Of a DNA stretch of 64,000 nt, positions 1 to 12,500 are shown piece by piece; the stretch's first letter is position 1; each line of letters begins with the position of its first letter. The notes under the pieces were generated by a model. That model made no database searches, was not told where the DNA came from, and saw only the letters and a list, made by a program, of their open reading frames with translations. The translations under genes were made by a program, and so were the position numbers. The stretch is from Chara braunii (Eukaryota > Plantae > Charophyceae), in the NCBI GenBank assembly GCA_003427395.1, contig BFEA01000033.1, positions 1,065,233 through 1,129,232 on the forward strand. The letters are read 5' to 3'.

Positions 1-500
1 TAGAGATGCCGCAGAAAAAAATTGAAATTTCAGAATAAATAAAAATAAAGAAAATAAATCAGAAAATGAGAAAGGAAGTAGCGGGAAGAAGACAATTCAA
101 ATTTTGAAGAAATAGGAAATTTGAATCAAAAGAAAAACAAAAAGAAGAAAAACAGAAAAAAATCGAAGTTGGGAGGGGAAGGGGATGAAAAAGTGAAGAA
201 GAAAAAGAGAAATAGGTAAGAAAGAGAAAAAGATGGAAGTGGAAGGTGGGGGGGTGATGGGGTTGTAGTTGGGGGAGAAGAGGGTGAGAGAATGGGAGAG
301 AAAGGGATGGGAAAGGTGGAGAGGAGTAGAAGAGATTAGTAGAAGATGGTGAGTGGGGAGGGGAGGAGAGAAAGGATGGTAAAAGATGAGTGAAGAGGGA
401 GGTAGGAGGAGAGCGGAGTGGTAGGGTTAGAAAAAGTGATTAGATGGTGGAGGGGGGAGGAGAGAGAGAGAGGGGTGGGGGAGTAGGTTAGTGGGGAGTG
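1..500. repeat. Purine-rich low-complexity sequence (possibly low-quality contig sequence)
   Basis: Almost entirely A/G runs; no credible ORF. Confidence 0.6.
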
Positions 501-623
501 GTGATACCGAGCTCTTGGTTGGCCAAGAGCAACAAGATCACCAAGAGTCACTGGATGTTGGCCATTAAGATGCTGGCAGCCTGCTGCTGCAACAAAAATG
601 ATGTTGGAGTAATCAAGGGTTGG

Positions 624-1070
624 CTGAGATCTTGATCAGCCACCCAGATTGGCCTGTACTGCAGGGGTCTTCAGCTCCACAGCAAGCTGCCACGTGGCAC
701 TGCAGATGGCCATGTGCGCAGGCAGCAGCAGCCACGGGGGGGAACAAATAGCAGCCCGACCGTTGCTGCCGTTGCTGCCGTGCTGGCCGCTGTTCGCCGC
801 TCGCCGCTCCCCGCGTGGGGGGGGGAGGGGGGCGTAAATAGCTGGCATAGCACTTCTTCAACATGAGCGTGCCGCATTATAGAGCCATACACACATTGTG
901 GCCAGTGTGTTATGGCAGCAGCTACGCACACGCATGGCCAACAGCTGCCTAGGTTCAAACCTTGGCAGTAGCATGCATCCTGGATTTTGATATTATAAAT
1001 TCAATAAATAATATAAATTCAATAAAGTAATCCCGGAGTGGGGCGGGGCGGGCCAGCGTGGGCACGTGGC
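624..1070. repeat. Dispersed repeat, copy 1 (copy 2 at 18198-18658)
   Basis: Shared blocks ctgagatcttgatca, ggggtcttca..ctgccac..cactg.agatg.ccatg..cgcaggcagcagcagcca, aaaccttggcag.agca and the terminal ggggcggggc..cagcgtgggcacgtggcg occur in both copies in the same orientation. Confidence 0.8.
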
Positions 1071-1609
1071 GAGTGCGGGTGTGTGTGTGGCGGCCTTGGC
1101 CTTCTCTCTTTTCTCGCCACATGTCACTTCTTCCCTGATGCGCCTTTCGTTATGTTTTCCCGCTGTTTTTCGCTGGAAACCGCCGTTTTTCGCTGGAAAC
1201 GGCCGAAAAACAGCCAAAAAACCCTGTGTCGGGTTTTGCAGTTTTTTCCTGCTATGCGGTGTGGTGGGTGGGAGCGGGGAACGTTCCCGCTCTGATACCA
1301 GTGTGGCGGACCCACCGGGTGAGGTGCTCTGCCTGAGATAGAGATGGAGATGGAGGATGAGGGTGGAGCAAGATGGCATAACGCAGCTCCCACGTGGACT
1401 CCAACGCACGTACTCCAAACTGTGCAAATGTAGAATGACCCAAAGTACAGACTCTGGCTGGGGTATACCCCAGCGGACCAACTGGACTGGACTGGACTGG
1501 CTCGTTCCGACAGAGGTACCGGCCTGGACTGGACTACCCCAAATACAACACAGGCATGTGAGAACAGGCCAAGGGGCTGGTCTCACAGGCCAACCAGAGG
1601 TCCGCTACA
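1071..1609 (-). mobile_element. 5' end of a Ty3/gypsy element: 308-bp LTR (1302-1609), tRNA-iMet PBS (1289-1300) and truncated leader
   Basis: LTR termini tgtggcgga...tccgctaca; gctctgatacca is the reverse complement of TGGTATCAGAGC; the LTR is homologous to 23274-23582. Confidence 0.9.
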
Positions 1610-1820
1610 CCACACCTGCTGACACCCTGTCCTTTGCGGGCGGCTGATAGGAAGTGTAGGAACATATGAATTTTCCTTTAACCACATGCGGTGGAGTGTA
1701 TTGGAGGTGTGTTTCTTGGACACATACCATGTCTGGCCATCTGTTGGTATCGGGACTAAGGCACTGTCCATACAACGTGTTTTTTTTTCAGCATCGCTTG
1801 TATGAGTCCATTGACATTAA

Positions 1821-1950
1821 ACCACCAGTACTTGGGCACTGCGCCCCGGAGGTCGAAGCGACACGGGCTGTGGATTCGATTTATCCACGGCCCGCCGGCC
1901 GCAAAATTTTCGTAGCGTTAACGCTAAGGCCGGCCCCAAGTACTGGTGGT
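1821..1950. mobile_element. 130-bp MITE with TTAA target-site duplication
   Basis: TTAA (1817-1820) + accaccagtacttggg ... cccaagtactggtggt + TTAA (1951-1954); perfect 16-bp TIR. Confidence 0.85.
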
Positions 1951-2281
1951 TTAAGTGACCATATATCTCTGTCTGGATGGCCCAGTTTGGTTGCCCATTG
2001 TGGCGGGCTCCTGGTTTTGGGAAACACCAGGGGGGGGGGGGGGGGGGGGGGAGGTTGAGGGGGGCGGACGGGTTGCGTTGGACCCATCGAAGGGTACCTG
2101 GCTGGTGGTGATGGCGGAGGGGCTGGGGGAGAGCGATCGGGCATGGCGGTTCCGGTGCTCACGTGGCAGGAGGCTGGCACAGTGGGGGGTCAGTGGACTG
2201 TTGTTGGTCATTGGCCTGTCGTTGTGTGGCAGGATCATCCATTGTTGGGGTCAGACTGTGTCTCTCAGCTGCCGTTGATAC

Positions 2282-3172
2282 TCAGTCCGCGGCCTTGATG
2301 GGGCGGATGCAGTGGGGGTCATCCCATCGGTTGTGCTCCTCCAGCACACTGTCCTCAATGAAGATTTGCATAAACACCAGGACCCGACTCAACGTCCACC
2401 TGAAGTTAGTTCTGAAACGAGAGGTAGTCAGGTCCATCAGCTGTTTCTGGTTAAACCATGTGATGCCATTGGCCGTTTTCTGCAGACTTACCTTGGGGTC
2501 AACCAGTAGGATAGCCGGGGTGATACCCTTAGGAAATGTGAGCGATTTGGGGAGCACCGCCCCCAACACCCCTACAGTGGCTGTCTCACTTAACCAGTAC
2601 TTTAACCTCTTTAGGATGACCGCTGTGGAGGGGTTGCCCCTCCAGCCATCAACTGTGAGGCCGTTGGGCCCCACGTTCTGGTGATGGTGGGTGTCCTGCT
2701 GTGGGGGTCTGAGGCCCAGCACCCACTGTCCTGCTTCCTTCACCCTGGTGAGCTGGAAGATCGCCACTCCCGGTGGCATAACTACCGGGGCGCTGTCGTC
2801 TTCCTCCAGTCTCACCAGTTCTCTCAGTTTTTTTGGGGGAGATGCGTCAGTCTGTTCATCGTCCGATACCAGCAGTGAGCTGTCCTCATCGTCATGGATG
2901 ATTTCCACCACAGTGACCTGCCGGGTGAGCAAAGGGATTATCGCGTGTTTCAGTCCATCCTGTGGATGGTCCTCCCTCCGAGGGGGTTGGCTGTTTTGCA
3001 GGGCAAGGTGGGGTCCGGTCTGATGCAGTCCCTGCAATTGTTGTGCCGTCACTGTGTGCTGCTCTTCAGGCGGTGGAAGGTGGTTCATCAGGCCGGGGTG
3101 GCATTGGCGCTGACCTTCCCCCAGGCCCTGGTTTGTTTCCGCCATCTTCCCGGTGTTTGGTAGATCTGACAT
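2282..3172 (-). CDS. Hypothetical 296-aa protein, probably a TE-associated accessory ORF
   Basis: Long intronless ORF with a disordered/acidic N-half and a globular-looking C-half; a Pro/Gln-rich frame continues past the stop; no recognised domain. Confidence 0.35.
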   Translation of the reverse strand: MSDLPNTGKMAETNQGLGEGQRQCHPGLMNHLPPPEEQHTVTAQQLQGLHQTGPHLALQNSQPPRREDHPQDGLKHAIIPLLTRQVTVVEIIHDDEDSSLLVSDDEQTDASPPKKLRELVRLEEDDSAPVVMPPGVAIFQLTRVKEAGQWVLGLRPPQQDTHHHQNVGPNGLTVDGWRGNPSTAVILKRLKYWLSETATVGVLGAVLPKSLTFPKGITPAILLVDPKVSLQKTANGITWFNQKQLMDLTTSRFRTNFRWTLSRVLVFMQIFIEDSVLEEHNRWDDPHCIRPIKAAD

Positions 3173-3730
3173 GGTATGGCATGGAATGGTGGGTTAAGGA
3201 AGAGTCTGAGTCATACAAGCAGACACAGTCACACACAAAGCAGGAGACTAGCAGGTAACAGCACAGGCTCGGAGGGACTTGATCAGGCACCCAGGAGACG
3301 GGCGAAGAGGTCTCTGTTGCTTTCTCAAGTACCTGTCTTCACAGCCTCACACATAGCCGAAGCTGGGTAATGGCCCCCGTAAATTGTATCTGGGATGCCG
3401 GGCCCAATTCCCAGCAGGTGCGCCCCCCCACCAATAGATTGGGGCAGCCAGCACTGGGCCTACTAGGGGAGGCTGCTCATATCACCCCCCACGAGTAACC
3501 CGCGGCTGGCTTCCAACAAAAAGGAAAACAAGAAAGAAAAAGGACTTTTACTACTGCTAACTCTCACCCACTTGGCACTAAGTTAATCTTTGCTGACCTA
3601 GCCCAGATTGACTCAACTGCTGGGAGGTGGAAGATTACCGTAGACTGGCCAGAGAGTCGGAGGTAGTTTAAGGATAACCCGGAGGTCCTCAAGAATTATT
3701 TACGTCACATACAGGATAATGAGGCTAGGT

Positions 3731-3902
3731 AACTGCCATTTCGTCAAAATGGACATTTTTTATTTTTTTAACGAAATTCCAACCGAGTTTTTTGGCCGAA
3801 CCGGACCCTCAGGAGCAGCAAATTTGGACGAGTTTTCAGACAATAAACTTGGTTTCAATTTGTTCAAAAATAAACAATGTCCATTTTGATGAAATGGCAG
3901 TT
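3731..3902. mobile_element. MITE-like foldback element (~170 bp)
   Basis: aactgccatttcgtcaaaatggacat ... atgtccattttgatgaaatggcagtt, imperfect inverted arms ~60 bp; flanked by AGGT on both sides (alternatively a TA TSD). Confidence 0.75.
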
Positions 3903-3947
3903 AGGTGGCATCTCCACTTCCTAACAAGTCAACACCCATCTGCATGT

Positions 3948-4230
3948 GGTTCGCTTGCACGCCGGTCAGTACTGGTCTGTGGACTAGTCAGTTTAATTAA
4001 TGAGCGCCCGTTGCTCATGCCTATGAAACTACTTTACGCGATGTTGCTGTCGGCGCCATTGTCAGACTAACCCCTCGACAAATGAAGACTGGTCAATGTT
4101 CGTGCACACACGGTTCACTTGCACGCCGGTCAGTACCGGTCAATAGGCTAGACAAGTTGTTGTATGAGGGCCTGCCGCTCATGCCGGTGCCACTACTTTA
4201 TGTGGTATTGCCATTGCCAGGCTGATCCTA
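3948..4230. repeat. Two diverged tandem copies of a ~165-bp unit
   Basis: ggttc(g/a)cttgcacgccggtcagtac..ggtc and gctcatgcc....actacttta occur at ~3948 and ~4112. Confidence 0.7.
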
Positions 4231-4259
4231 CCTATCTACTAATGCAGACACCTATCAAC

Positions 4260-5211
4260 CTATGACCTACTTTCCATCAGCAAAAATGATGACGATTGCA
4301 GATCAATTTAAGAAAGACCAACAAACAGGAGTCAAACTCATGTACTCATCGTTGCGTCACACAAGGCTTAGGGTGTTGAGGTACTTCCAGCTCGCTGACA
4401 ATTCCTCCATGCTCACTGACCTCATTAATTCACCGGATCAAGCAGGTACGTGCTTTCTATCCCCCTTGCACCTTTTCCTTTTTTCAAAAAAAAAACAACA
4501 CCAGCCCCTTCTCTTCAGCCGGGGATCAGCCCGGTGCTTATCACCGGCAAGCATGAGTCCATCCCCGGCCAATCCCTTTTTCCTTTTTTTTTTTTTTAAA
4601 TCCACTGCCATGCTGCCACTTCTTCTTCTTTCATGCTGCACCTTCAAGTTTTCGCCCACGAATGCTGCACCTTGTTTTTTAAATCACGTTTTTTTTTTTT
4701 TTTTAAAGACCTGCTGCTCATGCCGGCTCTCCTCCTATGAACCCTCACTTCCCCGTGGGCACCTTCTCTCCTACACTGTGCCAGTCCTGCACGTGCTCAT
4801 CCTTCTGCCTTGCTCTCCTTTCTGCCTGCACGCACACCTTCTTATCTTCGCTGGTTCTCTCTCTGACTTGCACACACTCGACTTCTCCACATGCTTGCCT
4901 TTCTTTTACACGCACATGTTTTTCTCTTTCTTTGCACACCTTCCTTCTCTCTTGGACATGTCTGCTTTCTTGTGTGTGCCTCATGATCTGCTGAAGACAA
5001 GGAGAGTTCCCTCGGATACCACTTAGATGGTATGCTTTGTGCTAAAAGATCTTATTTTCTCGTCTTTATTGACTCAAACTTCATGAATGCATCGCATTCA
5101 AGATCTACACCAAACCACCAAGATTCGCATGAACTGATTTACAACTTCAAATGATGTACACTGCATTCTCAAGCTCTGGTCACCACCAAGAACATCAAGC
5201 AGGTAACTCTC

Positions 5212-5282
<71 letters not shown>

Positions 5283-5940
5283 TGTATATATTCTATACAA
5301 TATAAATATTCTATACTACTGCACACAGGTCTCGAGAGAGAGATCATCAGGGATCACTCTGAATGTCTGCACTCGCTGTTCCTCTCCTTCTGCGCTATCA
5401 CTCTGAATGTCTGCACTCGCTGTTCCTCTCCTTCTGCGCTATCCTAACACTTCGACGCCCAGCACTGTTGACCACTTCCTCACCAGGAACTGGTCACACA
5501 TCCAAGATCTTGGCAGAGAATCACGCAGTAGTGCTTCTGCAAGAGAGAGGATCGCAGAAGTGGTTCCTGGCTGCAGCCTCCCTTTGGGAATCCAGGGACC
5601 TCCACTGGCCAGGCTGACAGTCCTGTCTGGCCTTGCAGCGGCCGATAGAGATTTGGACTGCCCCTAGGCCATCCCTGGGATGGAGCTGCTACTTGACCGG
5701 GACTTGACACATGGCAACTCCCCTTGGCACTGACTGCGAGGGACTTCTACTGTTCCTAGGCCTTACCTTACCTGATTTCTATTTTGGCCTATATGATACC
5801 TACCAGAAAGTTCTATGTGCGGCCCTATGGTCTGGAAATGGGACACAGTAACGCGGGGAATGCTGTCAGACTGTGTATACTATCTATACTATCTTTCTGA
5901 CTCACCGAGGAAATAGGAGCCTTAAGTTGTCATGAAGGTA
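4260..5940 (-). mobile_element. Probable 5' fragment of an LTR retrotransposon: LTR-like ~5024-5940, PBS-like 5011-5021, leader to the left
   Basis: ctcggatacca is a near match to the iMet PBS reverse complement; 5490-5850 is homologous to 39370-39740; contains (CT)n and a 44-bp internal duplication; boundaries uncertain. Confidence 0.5.
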
Positions 5941-6020
5941 GCATGGACAATGCTTTGAACCCACTTGCAATGGACAGGCAGGCTTATGAAGCCACTAAGC
6001 TACACCGCAGCAGGAAGTGA

Positions 6021-6077
6021 CAGACTCTTTCATTGGACTCTCACCACTCATCAGGAGGCTGGACACTGGAGAATCTG
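6021..6077 (-). ncRNA. Degenerate type III hammerhead ribozyme
   Basis: Minus strand: CAGAUUC-U-C-CAGUGUCCAGCCUC-CUGAUGA-GUGG-UGAGAGU-CCAAU-GAAA-GAGUCUG; core and stem III intact, stems I and II eroded. Confidence 0.7.
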
Positions 6078-6844
6078 CAGAATCCCCTAATGTTGTTTGG
6101 ACTCCCTTGAAGTGATAATGTCTTAAGACCCAGTTAGGCAGGCATATGAAGCAACTAGTACACCGCAGCACGAAATGAAGCATCTAGGGAAGCAGCAAGG
6201 GAAAAAAAGCAGGCAGCAGTGAGGCAGATGGACAGGAGGGCAAGCAGCAAAGTGAGCAACAAGGCAATAAGGCTGGAAGCAGCCCACGCGACGATGGCAC
6301 ATGACAAGACAATTACAGGACACACGTACACAGCAAGGACCAGAGCAGACTATCACCCACTCACAGGTTCATACCACCCTCAAGAGCCAGGAGCCACAAG
6401 ATGAGGGTATATTGCCACCATGCAACACAGGCATGACGAACACACCAGCCGCAAGTAGTGTAGAAGGCACTTCCATTCAGTGCTGCCAAATCATTTGCAT
6501 ACCTGGACCACTGGACATATTGAACAGGGAGGGGAAAAGAGAAGAAAGCACAGCAGAGACTTGAGTATGTATAAGGAGTATATCTGGCAAACACTGAACA
6601 GATAACTAGTATGCTTGTGTGTGTGCTTGTCTGTGTGCCTGCATGTGTGTCAGTGGTTGTGTGCAAGGTAGAGGTACCACTTTGCCTGCCTCGCTCTGCC
6701 TCTCTGTCTGTCTCTGCCTGTGGTCTCTGTCCGTGTCTTTGTTTGTCTCTAGTCTACGGCTACGTCCCTGTGTCAATGCGCCTCTGTATTTCTCAATCAT
6801 GCTTGCTCACAAAACGATTGTAATGTTTGTATTGAACATTGCAG

Positions 6845-7393
6845 ATACTTCAGCTCCTGTTTCCAGGCTGTCAACGCTTGTCACAGATCCAACTTTCAAG
6901 TCAGACACGATGACGGTAGGGCCATTCAACCTACAGGCAGTAGACACCCATGGGCTCACTGCTATCCAGAATTCCCAGTACACTAGACCATACCTGATTG
7001 GGCCGGTGTTAATCCGCCCCGAGGAAGCTGCAACTGTGACATGGCTCTGCAAAGTTGACCTGGGCACATGGACTGTATGTGGACCTCAGGTCAACAGAAG
7101 CAACCTTCTGATCGGGTCCCATACATTGTTTGTTCGAGCAGTGGACCTTGCGGGAAATGTCGAAGTGGATCCCACTGTGACCAGTTTTACCATAGAGGAC
7201 TTCCGTGAAGGTGAAGGCTGTTCGTTTTCGTACTCACTGAATGGAGGACCATTTACACCAATACAAGGGGATAGACTGACACTAACTGGCCTCAGCAACA
7301 CAGGACGGTTACGGCAGGAGTTAGCAGTACTGGCTGCTGACACCTATGGCAACAGCAAGCAGAGTTTGATTGCCACTTTTCTATGGACTGTTG
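6845..7393 (+). CDS. Internal exon A of the Ig-like repeat protein gene
   Basis: ttgcAG acceptor and G/GTTAGT donor, phase 1-1; encodes (D)TSAP...GSHTLFVRAVDLAGNVEVDPTVTSFTIE...FSYSLNGG...VLAADTYGN...WTV. Confidence 0.85.
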
Positions 7394-7417
7394 GTTAGTA
7401 CATTCTGCCACACAGTC

Positions 7418-7457
<40 letters not shown>

Positions 7458-7664
7458 NNNNNNNNNNNNNNNNNNNNNNNNNNNNNNNNNNNNNNNNNNN
7501 NNNNNNNNNNNNNNNNNNNNNNNNNNNNNNNNNNNNNNNNNNNNNNNNNNNNNNNNNNNNNNNNNNNNNNNNNNNNNNNNNNNNNNNNNNNNNNNNNNNN
7601 NNNNNNNNNNNNNNNNNNNNNNNNNNNNNNNNNNNNNNNNNNNNNNNNNNNNNNNNNNNNNNNN
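7458..7664. other. Assembly gap between (CT)n and (TG)n
   Basis: N run. Confidence 1.
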
Positions 7665-8381
7665 TGTGTGTGTGTTGTTTTGAAAGGACCCCCACATTCT
7701 CTCTCTGATTACCTCCGCGAATGATCATAAACCATCCATAAAACAAAAGAAGTAGAGATAGGCAAGATAGTAAAAATTGCAAGGTTGGCCACGTTTATGT
7801 GGTTCAGCGGTAAGTGCCCACACGCCCGTCTGCCGCCGAAGTGGAATACTTGCACATATATATTCTATTTGACGATATATATATATATATATATATACGA
7901 TATATATATATATATTTATTTATTTATATTTATATATATATATATATATTTATAGTCCATGAAGGGTTGGAGGGCAAAAGGCACTTACCTAAGACAGAAG
8001 ACTCCTCCCGCACGAAGTCACCAACCCAACCCTCCAAAGGTCCAAAAAAACTCGGAGAGACTTCCGCATCGGCCCACAAAACGACGAACTGAATTACACG
8101 AAGACAGCACAAGTGCAATACCATTCGCACTCATCCCAAACTACCCATTCACATCACAGGGTTGAAAGGTAAAAGACCACTGACCTAAGACAGAAGACTC
8201 CTCCAGCAAAGAAGAACACCGACCCCACCGGCCAAAGGTCCGAAGAAACTTGGAGAGCCTTCCCCGCCGGCCCACAAACATTCCCCCCTTAAAATAACTC
8301 GTGGCCGCCCATAGACATCTAAACAGCCCATGCTCTAAAGCAGGGCAAAATATTAGGCCGTGCATAATAAACCAAGCCAAC
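7665..8381. repeat. Repeat unit homologous to 17208-17830, with a (TA)n insertion
   Basis: Collinear matches from gtgtgttgtttt.gaaggaccc to ctctaaagcagggcaaa..att.gcc.tg.ataataaac; also has an internal duplication (cctaagacagaagactcctcc). Confidence 0.85.
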
Positions 8382-9497
8382 TGCAAGGAACCTGACAGTT
8401 CACAACTTGCTGGAGTGTAACACACTGCATGCATAGACGCCATTCACATAGATAGAGAAGCTTCACACAAAGCCAAGTCGAGATAAGATGAGAACCAAGG
8501 TAGCGCACCCCTTATTATCACAACCACTTCATACAAAGAGTATCTCGAGTCCAAGAGTTCAGCACCAACAGAATACAAGTCTCTCTCGTTCAATCATCAG
8601 CATGGGGCCTGGCTCAGCCAGCGTCTGCCCTCAGATCACAGGTATGGCGCCAACAGGTAAGTATCCACCATACCCAACTCCTCAACCTGTCTTCTCTCTC
8701 TCACTCTCTCGAGATCCCTGTCTTGGTTCCCTTGTCTTACTCTGCATGCTCACTCCGTACTGAAGAGGATCTACTCTGAATGCTACTCACTAATGTCGAC
8801 TACTAACCCCTCTACTTCTACTAACCAAGTTGGCGCAGCTATGGCTGCTTCTGCCAGTCAGCGCCCGGCCTCTTCTTCTTCTGCTTGCGCAGCTTCCAGC
8901 CAGCGCATTCTCCCTGCATGCTAGCGCACAAGTGCTTCAGCACTTCCACGCATCTATGCCAGTGGAGATCTGTCGTGCGGGGAGGTTGGCCTGGTCTCTT
9001 GTAGTGTTGACCTCCCTTCGCGAGGTCTGAATCAGTCTTCCTTGGGTCTTTCCCCAGTCCCAGACCACTGCAGAATGTGTCCCAGTACCTTTCCCTCAGG
9101 GTCTGCTGCTGCGGCGGCCTTTAGGCCTGAATTTTGGACTTTGGGTCTGAATCTGGACTGCCTGTTGGACTTTGACTTGGACTGGGACTCTACCCCATTG
9201 ACTTCCATTCGAACAGACACAACTTTTGGACGAACAGACACATCTACTGCACGAACAGACATGACTTACACAGCCCCCTGGACGAACAGACGTGACTCCC
9301 ACAATTGAATGCTGCAACTGTTCGTCCCGGGGCACAACTGTGACCTTTGACACAACTCCTCACTTCAGTTAGGCCGTGACTTTTGACCCAGAGAACATGT
9401 CTTTTGATCTGCTTTTCACGAGTTGGGTTCTGGCCGAGTGGGCCCCATTATGTTGTGTTCGTCATTCAAGGTCTGAACGGGTAAAGACCCTTTTACT
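8382..9497 (-). repeat. 3' LTR
   Basis: Highly similar to 16014-17108; begins tgcaaggaacc on the + strand. Confidence 0.95.
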
Positions 9498-9559
9498 CTC
9501 GCCGGCCTAGTTTCGAAGTCCTTTGAGAAAACCTTCATCTATCTATGATGCTTATTCCT

Positions 9560-12500
9560 CTTCTGGCTCTTTCATAAGCAGATACAATACGAGGTGCAGA
9601 CTCAATCAATTATTCTCTTGTGAACCAGTGATCTTCACTTGGGTCCTGATATGCAAATCTTACTTTATATTGTCGTTGGGGTCTGCCTCTATGTCCAGTT
9701 TGAAGAGTACTTTCAGCAATAATCCTGTCCACATCATATTTTTCATCCATACGAGGAGGGATCGCCGATCGGCGACTGGGAAACAACTCATTCGTCACGC
9801 AAGGTAAGAGTTTTGAGGCATGAAACACTGGATACGTATGCAAATGTAGAGGAATCTCAATCATGGAAGAAGGTCCATCCACATCTCCAATCACATCTAG
9901 AACGTGTCAAGGTCCTGTGTAGGCTGGTAGCAATTTTTGGGAAATGTTCTCCTCACGAACGAACTCTTTAGACTTAACCCATACCAGATCACCTACAGCA
10001 AACTGAGAAGGTCTTCGGTGTTTATTTGCCTGTTCTATCATTTGATGTTGTGCCTTTATTATATTCTCCTTTACTTTCTCAATGTTTTTCTGATATTGGA
10101 TCGCAAATTCACTTGTTCCTAGTGGAAGCTTATGTACTTGATCCGGGTTCAGGCGATCGATAGGTCTGCGTGGAGGCCATCCCAAATGTAACTCCATTGG
10201 AGTCTTGCATGTAGACAGGTGAACAAAGTTGTTATAAGCACTAATAACTTTGGGCAAATGCTCGTCCCAATCAATCTGGTCGGGACGTATGTACATGCGC
10301 AATGTTTGCTGCAAAAACTTGTTCATTTGCTCAGTCCGGCCGTTTGTCTCAGGGTGTCTGCCTGACGACATAGTCAACTTAGAGCCATAGACGTTCATCA
10401 GTTGTTGCCATTGTTCACTCGTGAACCACGAATCTCTGTCACTTACAATCGTTAGGGGATGTCCATAATCCTTCACCCAGTGGTTACAAAATTGCCGGAT
10501 AACCAATTCTGTTCTGGCTTCCGCTGGCAATGCTACAAAGGCAGCATACTTACTATACCTGTCAACGATGACCATAACTTGCGTTTTTTCATTCCTGCTT
10601 TTTACTTTAGTATCCATAAAGTCAATGAACACAGAGTTTCATGGACCTGTTGGGATTGGCAAAGGCTTCAAAAGACCAAGGGGAGGCTAAGTGGTGCTCT
10701 TATTTCGTTGGCACACTTGGCAGCCCTACACATAAGCGATGCAGTCGGGTTTCATACGAGGCCAAGTGTAGGAATGCGAAAGGTTTGCATATGTCTTCTT
10801 CCACCCGAAATGGCCTTCGGTTTCGTGGCACTCCCCCAGGATCAGACTTTTGATCTCCTCCACATTTGGAACACAAAGCCGATCATGCACATCCGTCCTT
10901 TCAAACAACAGTCCTTGTGTAATATGATAGTTAGGAAACTCTTGAGGCGCTTCTTGTATATGCTTAATCATAGCACCATAAACAGGATCTGTGGAATATG
11001 CATTTCTAATCTTCTCTTGCACATCGGCGCCCATATCTAAATATGTTACAATGGCACTGAAGAAATCAGATCTTCGACTTAGTACATCGACGACAACATT
11101 ATACTTCCCCTTGACTGACTTTTGCTCAAAATCATATTGGTAAATCTCAGCGGCCAACGTAGTCAACTTAGGTGTCATCCGGGCCTGCGTTTTAAGCCAG
11201 CGAAGTATCTCATGATCTGAGTTCACTTTGAAGCGGCGACCTAGGAGATAATGACGCCAATGATCCAAAGCTTTCCGGAGTGCGTCTAACTCTCTTTCAT
11301 ACGTGGAAGCGGCGACCTTCTCACTAGGCAGTCATCGGGACATAAACTCAACAGGTTTGTATCCATTTCCGTCATCTTGTTGGAGTACAGCGCCTATCCC
11401 GTCTTGACTGGCGTCGGTTGTCACAACGAAGGGCAAGGAAGGATCGACAAGTTTCAAGACCGGATAGTTGATCAGACATTTCTTTAGACGCTTGAACGAG
11501 GATGTACAGTCCTGGTCCCACTTTCAGATGGTTTATTTCTTTCATAATCTGCGAAGGGGAGCAGCGATTATCGTGAAGTGTTTAACAAACTTACGATAAT
11601 AGTTAGCCAACCCAAGGAACGACCACAGTTCAGCCAAAGTGCGGGGGTTGGGCCAATCACGAATTGACGCAATTTTTGCGTCCTCCGGTTTGATTCCTTT
11701 TCCATTAAGAACAAGCCCCAAATACAACGCTTCTCGTTTTGCCCATTCACATTTTTTGGGGTTCAATTTCAACTTTGCCTCACTCAATTTATTTAGCACA
11801 AGTCGAAGGTGCTCGCAATGCTCTTTCATATCTTTAATAAAAATCAAAATATCATCAAGATATACGACAACAAATTTATCAAGCCATTCACGAAAAAGTT
11901 CATTCAACGTTCTCTGGAAAGCCGCAGGTGCATTAGTAAGACCAAAGGGCAACACAATGAACTCATAGTGCCCATACCTTGTACGGAAGGCAGTCTTGTA
12001 TTGGTCTTCTGGTTCTACCTCAATCTGATGGTAGCCAGACTTCAGGTTAATTTTCGTAAAGTACCTGCTCCCTTGAACTCGATCCAACAAATCATTGATT
12101 CTGGATAATGGCTCAACATTCTTAATAGTTATATCATTTAATCTCCTATAATCAATACACATACAGACCCCGCCATCTTTCTTTGGCACAAATAGCACCG
12201 GCGCTCCATAAGGCGAGGAGCTAGGCCTTATCCATCCCTTTTCCAACATTTCATTGAGCTGGGTTCGCAGTTCATCCAATTCTTTGGGTGACATTCTATA
12301 AATCGGGCCCTTTGGAATTTGGCTTCCAGGGATAATTTCAATGCGATGTTTGATTGGTCGTTCCACCACACCGCTTGGGGCCTCGGCCACATCTGCGAAT
12401 TCGTTCAAAATCTTTTCAATTTCTGGGGACTTCGCCTCTTCTTTGGCTTCTCCTTCCTTCACCGGGCGCACATCTGCTACAAACACTTGATCGTATAAAT

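Noticed and set aside
1666-2058. Candidate upstream exon of the Ig-repeat gene
   Set aside because: The ORF runs through the TTAA MITE and poly-G and lacks the repeat motif
4262-5026. 254-aa ORF on the + strand
   Set aside because: F/L/S-rich translation of a pyrimidine-biased strand of a probable retroelement leader; no domain
5344-5351. Other CTGATGA/TCATCAG hits (e.g. 5344, 8593, 14736, 16391, 20570, 26955, 34693) as hammerheads
   Set aside because: No correctly placed GAAA with flanking helices found by eye
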